Positions 38,873-52,420 of a stretch of 64,000 nt of DNA are shown here, piece by piece; the stretch's first letter is position 1; every line of letters starts with the position of its first letter. Source of the stretch: Podarcis gaigeae (taxonomy: Eukaryota); assembly GCA_964106915.2 (NCBI GenBank), contig OZ066924.1, one strand, 5' to 3'. The position numbers and the translations under genes were made by a program. The notes under the pieces were generated by a model. That model did not search any database. It was not told where the DNA came from and saw only the letters and a program-made list of their open reading frames with translations.

Positions 38873-39169
38873 TACCCTTGCAAGCCAAAACTGCTTTCCT
38901 TTTCCCAACCCAGACAGCCTGAACATCTCTTATCATCCAAGTCTTCTACCCTGGTCAAACTGTAAAATATACCCTCTCCTCTGCTGCAGTATACTGATCT
39001 CCATTTGTCTATACTCTGCAGATTCCTGTATACCTGCACTGGTAATTTAGAAGGCACCAGCGAGAGAAGCTGATGCAGAAGTACGCAGAAGCAGCTGACA
39101 GGTCAGCTCTTTATACCAAAAAGGGAGTTGACTTCTCAGTCATTAAGACGGTTCAGTAACTTGTGTAAC

Positions 39170-39727
39170 ACCGGTCCTGAAAGACCTACATTGGCTCCCA
39201 GTATGTTTCTGAGCACAATTCAAAGTGTTGGTGCTGACCTTTAAAGCCCTAAATGGCGTCAGCCCAGTATACCTGAAGGAGCGCCTCCACCCCAATCATT
39301 CAACCTGGACCTGGGCTTTCTGGCGGTTCCTCACTGGGAGAAGCGAAGTTACAGGGAACCAGGCAGAGGGCCTTCTCGGTTGTGGCACCCTCCCTGTCAA
39401 ACACCCTCTCTTCAGATGTCAAGGAAATATAAACTATCTGACTTTTAGAAGACATCTGAAGGCAGCCCTGTTTAGGGAGGTTTTTAATGTTTGATGTTTT
39501 ATTGTGTTTTTACTATTCTGCTGGAAGCTGCCCAGAGTGGATGGATTATTATTATACTTGTGATTATTTTGCTGTGTTGCTCATTTGGAAGTTTATTTTG
39601 CAGGCATCATTTTTGCCATGATACACCTTGTGGTCACTCTCATTTTGGGGGAGCTCCCAGAGTGGCTGGGGAAACCCAGCCAGATGGGTGGGGTATAAAT
39701 AATGAATTATTATTATTATTATTATTA
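39170..39727 (+). mobile_element. L2-type LINE 3' fragment, composite end
   Basis: LVLTFKALNGVSPVYLKERL...; the terminal segment occurs twice around a non-L2 spacer. Confidence 0.8.
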
Positions 39728-41155
39728 AGTGTAGTAGAGGTGCCACTGATCACACTGGAAACACCCAAGGGCTTGATGCTTGACATCCCGTGAAATTTTA
39801 CTTCCACATCATCTGTGAACAGCTTTAATAAACTATGCTCTTGTAAACCAGGGTTATTACCCTATTAGATTATGAAGAATGCTCTCTGGCAACACATAAT
39901 TATATTTGTATGCTGCCTTTGCACCCATGCTCAAGGCGGCTTACAACATGAAAGAAAAGACATAACTGAAACATAACAAAAGTAGTCATAAGAAATAAAT
40001 ATAAACATCAAAATATATGCAACCAAACTGAACAATTCCCACATCAATTATCAGATGTAAAATAAAGATACCAACAGCAACAACCCCCTCCAACAACAAA
40101 AAACAACAACACACCAAACAACACCCTAGCCCAAGAGTCCGCTCGGCAGCCTCAGCTTTTGTAGCTGGAGTCAGTCCGGGCCCCTCTCTCCCAGGCCAGG
40201 TGGGAAAAGGCCTGCAAGGCAGGGAGCAGGTCTTCCAGGACTCACAGCCAAGAGGGCATTGTATCAAATCTGATACCTGAACATGCAATCAAAGCCAGTA
40301 AATTAATTGAAATATTTGTGTAAAAATTCCTGTTGCAACTGGAAGTTGGCAACGCTTAGGAAATAAATACCACAGTCTTCTCCACTCTTAGAGCCAAGTT
40401 TGCCATCATCCCTGCATTGTGTAAGAGTGTGAAGAAAACCAAATGGGTAAGCTACAAAATGCTATAACCAACATGGTGCCCTCTGTATATTGAGACTCCA
40501 ACTCCCATAAGCCTCAGCTAGCATGGCCAATAGTCAGTAATAACTTGAGTTTTAGTCTATTAAGATCTGGAGGGTACCATGTTAGCTATCCTTGGTACAA
40601 ATGAATCTGTTGTCGTAAGTTAGCAATAAAGTTAATTATCTGCACATATCTGCTTGAATGTTAGCACAGCTAATTCATATAAAAGAAGACCCAAAATATT
40701 CCATTCGCAATAGAATAATGAAATATATACCTTTCTGAAATCAAAGAGCACCTATCAGTTCTAAGCCACTTCCATACTTCATATGTCAAGCTCAGGTACT
40801 CAAGAATCGTTTGGACAAATGGTTAGCAGCCAATGCTAGAAGAACAACATAAAGTATTCCCTTGGTCTTGCCCTACCAACAGCTCTAATATAAACTTACC
40901 TAGATGTATCTCAAACTGGTACAAGTTCACGGTGGAGCACACATGTGCACAGAATCTCATCCATCCCTCTTTCACGCATCCCGCTAAGCTCCCAACTCCA
41001 ACCTCCCTTAATGTTGCAATCGCTAAGCAGCCCAATGCTTAAGGGTACGGCACCAGTTTCTCATTTTTATTTATTAAACGTTTGTATTGCCCACCCATCA
41101 CCAAAAAGGTCCTTGGGCAGGTTACAAAGCAGAAAAGAACAATGTCAAGGAACCA

Positions 41156-41506
41156 GGGACACAGGTGGCACTGTGGGTTAAACCACAAGAGCCTAGGACA
41201 TACTGATCAGAAGGTCGGCAGTTCGAATCCCTGTGACGGGGTGAGCTCCCGTTGTTTGGTCCCTGCTCCTGCCAACCTAGCAGTTCGAAAGCACGTCAAA
41301 GTGCAAGTAGATAAATAGGTACCACTCTGGTGGGAAGGTACACGGTGTTTCCATGCGCTGCTCTGGTTCGCCAGAAGCGGCTTAGTCATGCTGGCCACAT
41401 GACCTGGAAGCTGTACGCCGGCTCCCTCGGCCGATAAAGCAAGATGAGTGCCGCAACCCCAGAGTCGGCCACGATTGGACCTAATGTTCAGGGGTCGCTT
41501 TACCTT
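41156..41506 (+). mobile_element. Sauria SINE with 63-bp TSD
   Basis: Full-length; flanked by identical 41085-41147 and 41507-41569. Confidence 0.9.
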
Positions 41507-42579
41507 TATTGCCCACCCATCACCAAAAAGGTCCTTGGGCAGGTTACAAAGCAGAAAAGAACAATGTCACAACTGATACTAATTTTAAAAACAACCCAAG
41601 AGTCACCAACACAGAGACAATGTAGAATTACTTTCAAAGGCTAACCAAGCAGAATCCCCAAAAGGTTGGACAAAAAGGTGCTCCTTAACATGTCCTATAA
41701 ATCTATAGAATTGGCACCAGGTACACATCTGAAAGGCAGGGAGTTTTGGAATCTGGGTGCCACCACAGAAAAGGCCCTTTTGCACACAAACACCCCACAA
41801 ATCTCTAGGTGGTATTGTTAACCACCCCTGCTGATCTTAGCTCCCAGATTGGTTTCAGTCCTTTGAAGATAGATATTTGCCTAATATCCCAAAATAAGAA
41901 AATTTAATGACTTGTCTAGAATAAAATGCATAAATTAGCATCTATTATCACTTAGCTACAAGAGACAGCACATGCACCAATTTAGCATGTACACCTAGGA
42001 CGCATTGATTTTTTTCTTAGAAGCCATTCTAGATCAGTAGTGGGGAACTGTTCCCTTTCTCCCTGGACAGCTTTATCACACTTCTTTTTCTGTAGCTACA
42101 GGGCAAACTCTTATGAAATGCCAAAGACAAAACACACAAAAAGAGGGTGTTCATTTCATGTGCTGATTGATATGTATAGCTGCAAAACTAGAAAAAAATC
42201 ACTATAATTTAAATATTACTTCTCGCCATAATGAGAAAGACTGTGACCAGGGGATTTCTGTGCTAGCTCAGTGATGCTGACAGGCAACTTCAAGGTCTCT
42301 GACCTTCCTTCTTAGAGTTTTTATATTTTAAAAGCATTTGGACTGGACAGCCCTTTAAATAGAGAACTGTCCTTCAATAGCACTTTAAATTAGGGAACAG
42401 TCCCCTTTAAAGTAGGGCATGTTACCACCCGTTATTGGACACCGACACAAACGTATTGTTTCTGATCACAGGTGACAATCTTTTATCCAGCTTTTTGCGA
42501 TAGTCATTTGAGCACCTAAAAAGTCGATACATTTTAATAGGCAATTCCCAATATCATACAGGTGGATCCAAATATCATA

Positions 42580-42814
42580 CAGTGGTACCTCGGGATGCGA
42601 ACGGGATCCATTCCGGAGCCCCATACGCATCCTGAATAGAACGTAAGATGCGCCTGCGGGTCGTGTTTTGCCGCTTCCACACATGTCATTTTGAGCGTCT
42701 GCGCATGCGCGAGCGGCGAAACCCGGAAGTAATGCGCTCCATTACTTCCGGGTTGCTGCAGAGCGTAACTTGAAAGCGCTCAACCTGAAGCACATTCAAC
42801 CCGAGGTATGACTG
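42580..42814. mobile_element. Tc1/mariner MITE, related TIR but different interior
   Basis: CAGTGGTACCTCGGG...CCCGAGGTATGACTG with TA flanks. Confidence 0.8.
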
Positions 42815-43909
42815 TATGTTGGATTCGGAGAGGGCTGAGGGGCCCTGTGGCCCTCCAGATCTTACTGAACTCACGATTCTCATCAGCCCTATGCAGCATG
42901 GTCACTATTAAGGGATGATGGGAGTTGTAGTTCACCAACATCTGGAGAGCCAAATGTCCCTTCCCCATGGAAGAGGAGCTACAAAGTGTGACGGCGACAT
43001 TGCAATCCACTGCATGTTTACTTAAAAGGAGACCCTCCTGCTGTGTCCAGTGGGGATCACTCCCTAGCAGGTGTTTACGATTGCAGGTGGACCTAAATGC
43101 AAACTTGGAAGATATAGGGAGGAAATGAAATATTTGGAGTGGCAGCTTTAAGACCAAGAAAAGGGTACCTATCCAAGACACTGCCAAGAAGTGATTCAGG
43201 AGAAAGACACTCAGTACCAGTAGGTTTACAGAAGTCCAAGTGTGTTGGCGCAAACTGGAAAGTAAGAAAAGGACATTACAAGAATGATTTTGAGAACTGC
43301 TTCGTTTGGGTCTCCGATTTCCCCGCCTCCTTTTTTCTTCTGAGAACTTGCCCACCAGGTGGGTCTTTGCAACCCTTATATAAATATTTCAACTCTAATA
43401 GCTTTAAACAGACTTCACTTTGGAGTCTGGATGATCTTAAAACTCATTCAAACTTTATTCTCACAATGAAGTTTGAATTAGGATTTTGCAAGTTTATATT
43501 TCACTTGCAGTAGGCTTCAAGGGCATGGTATCTTCTGACACTGCCTTCCCTAGTATTCCAGCAGACATTACATGAAACAGACTGGTCCCTAATATAAATA
43601 CTGACAATTTCTTGAGAGGCAATAATTTTCAAAAAGCTTTAACAACAAAAAATAAAGTGTCTTTGTTGCCAACGGCCAGGGACATCTATTTTAAGTCATT
43701 TGAAGTATTCACCTTATTTGGCCAATATTGTTCAGCATATTCAAACTTTCAACCATGAAAAGAGAGAGGAGGAAAATAAGCTGCTACTCTGAATGTACTC
43801 TCTCCAGTTTAGAGGTCAGCAACTGCTGGCCCTCCCAAAAGAAAGAGATGAGGTGGGAAGAGAGGAGAGATGAAGCTGTGGTAATGGGACGTAACAGGGA
43901 AGACTGGTA

Positions 43910-44260
43910 AAGGTAAAGGGACCCCTGACTATTAGGTCCAGTCGTGGCCGACTCTGGGGTTGCGGCGCTCATGTCGTTTTATTGGCCAAGGGAGTTGGCG
44001 TACAGCTTCTGGGTCATGTGGCCAGCGTGACTAAGCCACTTCTGGCGAGCCAGAGCAGCGCACGGAAACGCCGTTTACCTTCCCGTCGGAGTGGTACCTA
44101 TTTATCTACTTGCACTTTGAGGTGCTTTCGAACTGCTAGGTTGGCAGGAGCAGGGACCGAGCAATGGGAGCTCACCCCATCGTGGGGATTCAAACCGCTG
44201 ACCTTCTGATCGGCAAGTCCTAGGCTCTGTGGTTTAACCCACAGTGCCACCCGCGTCCCT
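43910..44260 (-). mobile_element. Sauria SINE
   Basis: Full-length; TSD GGAAGACTGGTA at 43898-43909 and 44261-44272. Confidence 0.9.
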
Positions 44261-45324
44261 GGAAGACTGGTAGGGCAAAGGAATTATGAAATTGTCCCCA
44301 CTGCCCTGGCTTCTCAGACTCTGGCCTGGTTCCCATAACATGGTAAGCCAGCTATGGCTTACAGGTATGGCACAAACCTGCCTTGCTCTTCCCTAATTCC
44401 TTTAGATCAGCACGGTTCGGCAGCTAATCCTAGGTTTGGCTCAGCGTGATGTCAAAACCCAGGATTGTGGTTAAGCTCTTTCCTCTTTAAGCACAATCCG
44501 TAGTCAAGAATAGACTTTAAGGAGTAAGTTTATCCACAATCCCGGATTCAGACGACGTGCTAAGACAGACCTTGGCTTAGCTACCACTCTTTACCGAGCT
44601 AGAAGAACCGGGGAGGAGGAAAAGTGGCCACAATCTTTGCCCCAGAAGCCAGCTGAACCATTATGTTCAAACATGGCCCCTATCTCACTCCGACGAAACC
44701 AACTGCTGACCAGTCTTAAAGAAAGTGGCTCAAGGACAGCAAAAAGCAAAATTCTCTGCACACTCCCTTGGGAAACCAATGAGAATTTCTTCAGAGTTAA
44801 CACGCACAGGATGGGACTATTAATGTGAACAGTCCCATAAGTTTCAGAGACGCTAGCGTGTCTTTGAGGAGGGAAGTCCTACTCCTTCTACGCAAGGTCA
44901 TGCTCTATATGCTTGGAACAATTAATGTACACAACCTCACACAATTATTGGATCAGAATCCCTACTTCACCCAACAGCAGGAATTTTTAAAAGGTGCTGG
45001 AAGTCCAACCTTTTGGCGACCCCATGAATACAGCACTCTTTTGTTAAGGTCTAACCAAGACTCTCAGAGACGAGTGCGACAAACTATACAGAAGCAAAGG
45101 GGAAAGAAGCAGAGGTTATGCTTCCTCTGTTCAGACTTCTGGCGCTATGTGAAAGGAGTAACTTGCCCTTTCTCCCTTGCTGAAATAATCTGGAGCCATG
45201 CATCTCGCCATGTGGAGAAGCTAGAGTTCCTCCCACCCTTTGTATGGTGCACACAATTAAACCATGTGCACTGTTGTCTCCTGGCTATTTCCGCCATCCT
45301 GTAATGTGTGAAATCATCCTAAGT

Positions 45325-45460
45325 CAGGCATGGCCAAACATGGCCCTCCAGCTGTTTGGGGACTACAATTCCCATCATCCCTGACCACTGGTCCCGTTAG
45401 CTAGGGATGATGGGAGTTGTAGTCCCAAAACAGCTGGAGGGCCAAGTTTGGCCATGCCTG
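45325..45460. mobile_element. Short palindromic hAT MITE
   Basis: TIR CAGGCATGGCCAAAC; TSD TCCTAAGT/TCCGAAGT. Related copies near 20545, 34700, 42830 and 48925. Confidence 0.85.
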
Positions 45461-45479
45461 TCCGAAGTGATTCTCAATA

Positions 45480-45852
45480 CAGTAAGCCCACAATTTACGT
45501 CGGGGGTTATGTTCCGCTGATATAAAGCCTAACGCCAAAACTACACATAGTCAAAACCCAGTGCTTTTTTCTAAAAAAAAAATGTTTAGGGGGTACTCTC
45601 ATTTTCCTACACATATTGAAATACTGCCCCTCAGTAAGGCCAAACTTAGATTCACAAAATGTTTAGGGATATGCGTACCCCCAGAAAAAAAGGATTGTCG
45701 AAACCCATTGGGTTCAATGGCGGATGGGATTGCCAATATCATTTTCCTGGAACCTCATCCTCTCCGCCCCCCCTTATTTTATTTTTTTAATTTGCCACAT
45801 GCATAAAGCTGAATGCGCACAAGTTAAACGCGCATAAATTGTGGGCTTACGG
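45480..45852. mobile_element. Tc1/mariner-type MITE with nested hAT MITE (45559-45697)
   Basis: Outer TIR CAGTAAGCCCACAATTTA/TAAATTGTGGGCTTACGG with TA flanks. Inner element CAGTGCTTTTTT...AAAAAAAGGATTG has TSD TCAAAACC/TCGAAACC. Confidence 0.8.
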
Positions 45853-47599
45853 TATTCAGCTTTAGTCCAATCCTACTACAGTTATACCACAGGACTGTGT
45901 AGAAAACAGACAGCTTTATTTGAAGCACAAATCCTCATTCTTTTATTTAGATACCAACATTATCTTCCTTCATATTACATGATAATTAACCACACTCTGG
46001 GCAGGGGCCATTGAGAGCATATCCAAAACAAGTTATAGGGTAGCTTGTACAAAAGGGGGCGGGCTTGGAAAAGACAGTAGCCCCCATGATCCATTGTAAT
46101 GGATTGCTTTGAAGTCATTTTTCCACCGGTAAAGTAATTTTTAGCCTCCCAATTCCTCCTCCTGACCTGTCCCATAATTTGCCCAACCTGCCCTTTATTT
46201 TGCCCGACCAAAGGTGGCAGCTCTACAGCCACTCCAGGTTCCGCATTTCTGACTTACACAATGAACGAACCAGATTTTTCAAGCTAGTGTCTCCCACTCT
46301 GTTTTTCATTTGGTACTCTCTTCTGTTTATACTTTTACCCATGGAAATATGCAACTGCTACTCATCTAGTTTATTTGCATATCAGTCCCGTTCATGGCCA
46401 TAATATTTATATAGTACTCGTTACTGAGGACAATGCCACCAGGCCTTTTGCTGTTGCTGCCTATGGCTCAGTGGGATAAAAGGAACGAGAGCCAATTTAA
46501 AAAGCTAAAGTGCCTGCTTGTTTTAATTAACCCTCCTAGAAACATATGAACATCTAAATTTAGAGTTACAGTTTTTATATTGGGTGTCATATTGAGATTT
46601 AATAAACTGCATAAAATGTAGTGCTTAAGTGTATTAGATAACAAAAAATAAAAAATAAAAAATGTTGAAGTCAACTTCATTTAGCTTTGATAGTAGAAAG
46701 CCAGGATGGGTTGGGGAGAGATTCTTCCCTCAGTAACATAAAAGGAAGTCAGAACAGTGGCAAACCAAGCAATTACTTTATATCATATTTTTCCTTCTTC
46801 TCCCAGGAGTAATATTTATATTATGCATTCAATCACAGAGGAATTGTCACTGCAGTAATCAGGAGGTTGCAGGCATTAAACTGTCAGGAGAAGTAGGTGG
46901 TAAGAGATGGGACCATCAATCATGGAGGATAGATTACGTGTGTCAGCCAAGACAAGACGACTTCAGACCTAAATCCACGCGCATTCTTGTAAGCCCAATT
47001 GCAGTCAACTAGATTTATGAACATGCAAATGAGTTCAGGCCCACAGCCTAAAATAGCTGGAAACAGAATTTTTCAACATTTGGTCAAAAGTTGTGGATAT
47101 TCACGTGCTGCAAATGGAGAACTGAACGAACTGACTGTATAGGCTCTGCTGAAGGACTCCCAATGAAAAACAGACTAAAAAAGCTGATTAAGAGCCCCAT
47201 TTTGAACAGCCTCTGAAGGCATAGGCTTACACATTGCAACACCTAAGAAGTGTTCCACCAGATCAGACTGTCTAGTCCAGGATCTTGTTCCTCACAGTGG
47301 CCAACCAAATGCTTCTGGAATATTCCAAGGAGGTCATGAAGACAATAACCCTCAGGAAGCCTGAGATGACCCTTGGGGCAGTTTCCCCCTCTATCCACCC
47401 TTCCCTGTGCCCTGAAGTGAGTGAAGCACAGCAAACTTATGCCATCAACTCCTAAAGAGACTATCAGCTGGCCTGAGAGAATTGTCGCTTGGCATCTTAC
47501 GCCATTTATTTGTTTTGCTATTTTAAATCTTTTAACTGCCTTAGGTGCCTTGGCAGAAAGGTGGTATAAAAATAAGTACATGAAATAAATACAATAGTA

Positions 47600-48490
47600 T
47601 TCATTGATAGATCCATCCTTCATTCATCCATCTGTCTAAACGGCTTTCATAGCTAACAGCCTCCTCGCTGTTCATTTATGAAATTCGCTGCCATTATTTA
47701 GTTCTGTGTTATGTAAAGCAATACTTCACCTTGTCTGCTCTTATCTTCTGCAAGTCAGTTTCACTGGATGAACTCAAGTATTATGAGAGAAGGAAAGAAA
47801 CTTCTCTTTATCACTTGCTTCACGCCATGTCCAATTTCATAACCCTATACCATACCCCCATATTAGCCACTCTTTTCCTCAACTGAAAATCTCCAAGTAT
47901 TGTAGCTTCCCCTCAAAGGGATGGTGCCCCGCTCATTTTCATAGCCCTTTTCTGCTTTTTTCTCTAACTGTATGATATCCTTTTGGGGTTGTGGCAACCA
48001 GAACAGCACAGAATATTCCAACACATTTGGCCACATCATAGATTTGTACAAGGACATTCCAATATTGACAGTTTTGTTTCTGATCCCTTTGCTAGTGATC
48101 TCCTAAATGGAATTTGCCTTTTTCACAGCCGCAGCTCACAGGGTTGACATCCTCAGCGAGCTATTCCTATTAATCTATTTGCTGATTGACTACTTCAAGT
48201 TCAGACCCCATCAGCATATATGCCAATATATATGCTGTGTCAAGATTATTTGCCTCGAGGTGAATCACTTTACACTTACTTATACTGAACTGTTTTTGGC
48301 ATTTTGCTGCCTATTCACCAAGTTAGGAGGGATTGTTTTGGAGCCCTTCATAGTCTGCTTGGGCTTTCACCACCCTGAATAATTTGGTGTCGCCTGCAAC
48401 CTTGGACACCTCCATACTCATCCTTATCTCTAGATAATATCCGAAAAAGTTAAAAGCACCAGTCGCAACAGAGATCATTTGGGAAGTCAT
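47600..48490 (-). mobile_element. Degraded CR1 LINE ORF2 fragment
   Basis: LYKSMMWPNVLEYSVLFWLPQPQKDIIQLEK resembles the CR1 motif LY.SLVRPHLEYCVQFW.P..KKD...LE. Confidence 0.75.
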
Positions 48491-48732
48491 TTCTCATGTT
48501 CACAGAGCTCCCAAATGTTATGTCCATTATGTCTCCAACCCCTTTAAACATACAGGCCCAGTAAGACACCCCCATGTGTTTGCCAAAATGGATGAGCTGT
48601 AGCTCGGTGGTATAATATAGGCTTGGCAAGCAAAAGAGTCAATCCTTGAGAAAGAGTCATTTCTGAAATCCCGGAGAGTCACTACTGAGGGAAAATTGAC
48701 AATACTCAAGTCAACGGACCAATGGTCTTAGC

Positions 48733-48869
48733 CAGGTTTCCTCAACCTCGGCCCTCCAAATGTTTTTGAGACTACAATTCCCATCATCCCTGACCACTGG
48801 TCCTGCTAGCCAGGGATCATGGGAGTTGTAGGCCAAAAACATCTGGAGGGCTGAGGTTGAAGAAGCCTG
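48733..48869. mobile_element. Short palindromic hAT MITE
   Basis: Perfect TSD GTCTTAGC; CTACAATTCCCATCATCCC/GGGATCATGGGAGTTGTAG core. Confidence 0.85.
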
Positions 48870-49147
48870 GTCTTAGCTTCCTATGTTCCAGAGTGTTCAT
48901 GCATTCTGTCCACACAAACATGTGCTTGGCCAAACTTGGCCCGCCAGCTGTTTTGGGACTACAATTCCCATCATCCCTGACCACTTGTCCTGTTAGCTAG
49001 GGATGATGGGAGTTGTAGTCCCAAAACAGCTGGAGGGCCACGTTTGGCCATGCCTGGTAAGACAACTTTATTCACTACCTGCCCTCATAGTCCACGGATT
49101 GTGTTGGTTATAGGATATTGAAGCAACTAGGAAGTCCTAGCTGTTGT

Positions 49148-49370
49148 ACTGTGGTGTAGCGGTTTAGAGCGTCAGGCTAGGATCTAGGAGGACAAGGTTC
49201 AAATTCCCACTCGGCCATGAAGCTCACTGGGTGACCATGAGCCAGTCACTGCCTCTCAGCCTAACCACCTCACAGGGCTGTTGTGGGATTGAATGAGGAG
49301 GGGGGGGGAACCATGCGTGCCCCCTTGAACTCCTTAGAGAGAAAGGGTGGGATATAAATGCAATAAATTA
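49148..49370 (+). mobile_element. tRNA-derived SINE, related subfamily
   Basis: GTGGTGTAGCGGTTTAGAGC...GGTTCAAATTCCCACTCGGCC head; GGATATAAAT tail. Confidence 0.7.
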
Positions 49371-50933
49371 ATGTCCTTTCCCACAAGTAAGTGGTTCACA
49401 ATCACATTAAGGTTTCCTTTTCAATTAAAAACTTGATGTAGCCCACCCCCCATTGTCATCAGGAACACAGCATACGGGGAAGGGAGCTTTAAGTGAAAGT
49501 TGCCTCCTTGTGTGATCAATGTAAGAAAAAAAGCTCTCATTGGCATCAATGAGATCCGCAATGCTAAATGTGGGAGGGGAAAACATTTTCCACTGATATT
49601 GTGGCTGGGAAGGCAAGATTTGAGCCTCATTCTCCATGGGCTGCATTCCTGAGGTAAATTCCTATAAACACAGCAGCGTTTTAGTTTGAGAAATCCCATT
49701 ACAATTGCTAATCACTTTGTTAGTGTAATGTGTAGTTAGGTCCCGAGTTATTATTTCTAGAACTGACTATAGTCACCGTACATGTCTTACAGGCCCTGTA
49801 ATACACTACATGAACATACAAATAAAATTTCTTTATGCTTGAAATCCCATAAGCATTAAGGTTTGTTTTCTAAAGGCTCTTAGGTTGTTCCTGCTAAAGA
49901 CAGCAGTACGTTTGGCACTGGAATCGATAAAACAGGATTGGGGTATATGTTGCCCTCCATATCTTGCTGGACCCATCGTCTCTAACCATTGGGCATGCTA
50001 GCTGGGGCAGATGAGATCTGGAGTCCAGCAATATCTCGAGGGCCACCTCTGTTGTAAAAGGACACTTCATTTCTCATCTCCTCATTCTTCATGAAGCAAG
50101 CCAGGCTTCCATCTTTTATCATCATCCGATGAGTGGGAAGAATTAACGGACTCAATCATTGTTTTCTGAACATGAATATAGCCATGGTTATTCTAAAGGC
50201 CACCACATTACCAAATGTAAACCAGAAACTCCTTCACCAATCATTTTAGTTGTATTAGTATTAAATACCAGGCCTGCCAAGGTGCATCTATTCACCAAAC
50301 TAGACCTATTTTACCCAAAGCAGGGCTGCATTCTCGCTCAAGACAAACCTGTTTCTGAATAAACTGCTTAGTCTATAGACTTTCTTCCCAACATGTTTTT
50401 TTTGTAAAAGAAAAAAATGTTATTCACACCAAATACCTAGGTTTTGGGTACCTCTGAGGAAAGCATCCCTTTAAAAAAAAACAAAAAACAAAAAAACAGC
50501 AATGAATAAGGGCATCAGTGAATAAGGGCATCCAAAACACTAACCAATCCATTTATCAAATGCCACTCAGGAAAATCAGATAAATTACACATACACAGAC
50601 ACACATTTTCCACATTGTTCAAAAAGCAGATGTTCAACAACTAACATTAAAAAGTACTGTATTTCTGGTTTTTAAAAAACCCATTGCCTTTAAAAACAAC
50701 AACCCCCCTTAACTTTCCCCCCTCCCCGCACCGGAGATCAGTAATCTCCTTTGCAAACATTCCAACCTAGTTCCAGTCTGTGCTTCACTTTTCCATATTT
50801 TTTTTTTACCTTGAGACAAATGTTTTTCCCCCTCAAAGCTGAAAGCTGTCCAAAAAAACAGGACCACACACAAGCACAGCCCTACCGAGCTGTGCTGATC
50901 ACGTTCCTCCTGTTCCTGCTGCTGCTGCTAAGG

Positions 50934-50965
<32 letters not shown>

Positions 50966-51356
50966 GCGGAGGGGGTGGGCTGCTTTCCAGACAGACTTTC
51001 CTTTCATGCACTTGAGAGGAAATAAATAGTCAACTCACACAACCAACCCCCTGCCCTAACACCATGATCTCCTCCTCGCAGGACACACAGGCAGAGACAG
51101 AAGGAGATTGTTGCAGACTTGTGGGGTACACACACTGTAGCCCCCCTCCCCGCTCCCCCCTCCATTTGCACCTCCCAAAACATTACCCTCCAGAATAGAT
51201 TACAACTTGTGTACAGTCCATCTGGCCTGCAGCCAGCATGGGCCGAACAATGAACTATTCCCCCCCTTGATGAGAGGAAGAAACCCACACACCCCTCACT
51301 CCAAAAAATAAACTTCAATTTCAGCATGGGGGAAAAAGCAATAAGGCTACGGATCA

Positions 51357-51641
<285 letters not shown>

Positions 51642-52301
51642 TTATTGCCAGTAAAGAACATAATATACCCACACAAAACAATAAGCATTTTTTCCAAGCA
51701 TCATAATGTGACAGTAACTTGACAGGCCAAGGTATCAGGCAGTCACCTCTACAAAATATTTCCATATACACAGTTGCTCATGTACAGAACAAAATACATT
51801 GTGAGGTGGGGTTTCTTTTTTCTTTTTTAGCTGATAACTACCCTGTTCATAAATCAGTTCAGACTGTTGGATTACATCACAACTGCAAAAGTATAAATGT
51901 ACACACTCCCTTATCCAAAGCAGCCTAGTCCCTTGCCTTCTCCCTAAAGAAAGCCACTTGATTAATAATAATAATAACAATAAGTCGGTAAAGCGGAGAT
52001 GGAGCATGTGATTTTCAACAGACCTGTCAAGGGGTGGGGGTGGGGGCTGGGGAGAGAGAAAGAACATTTTCCTGTCCTGTCCTGAGGGGCTTTATGGGGT
52101 AGGTGGCAAGAGGAGCCTACTTAATCACAAATTGTTGCCATCATTCATTCCTTGCCTTCCCCTACTTCGTAGTAAACTCTCGGCCCACGTGGTCCACAGC
52201 GCCCTTAACATCACAAGCTAATAAGAGTTATCCATTTCCATACGGTTTGGAGACGCTGTGTGATCTGAATTAGGAAGCAGAGCAGCCATCTGTAAAGTTA
52301 C

Positions 52302-52350
52302 GACAATATTTGTGGACGGAAGAGGGCAGCCACATGGATTTCTTGTTCCC
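52302..52350 (-). other. PTCH1: Probable 3' end of non-coding alternative first exon (exon 1c homologue); 5' end undefined
   Basis: Minus strand reads ATCCATGTGGCTGCCCTCTTCCGTCCACAAATATTGTC|GTAACT. This resembles, from memory, the end of human PTCH1 exon 1c; GT at 52301. Confidence 0.55.
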
Positions 52351-52383
52351 ACCCCCACCAAAAAGCCTTCAAAAAAACAAATA

Positions 52384-52420
<37 letters not shown>

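Noticed and set aside
21948-44209. Recurrent ORFs with GHVASMTKPLL / FQTARLAGAG
   Set aside because: Translations of Sauria SINE copies, not a gene family.
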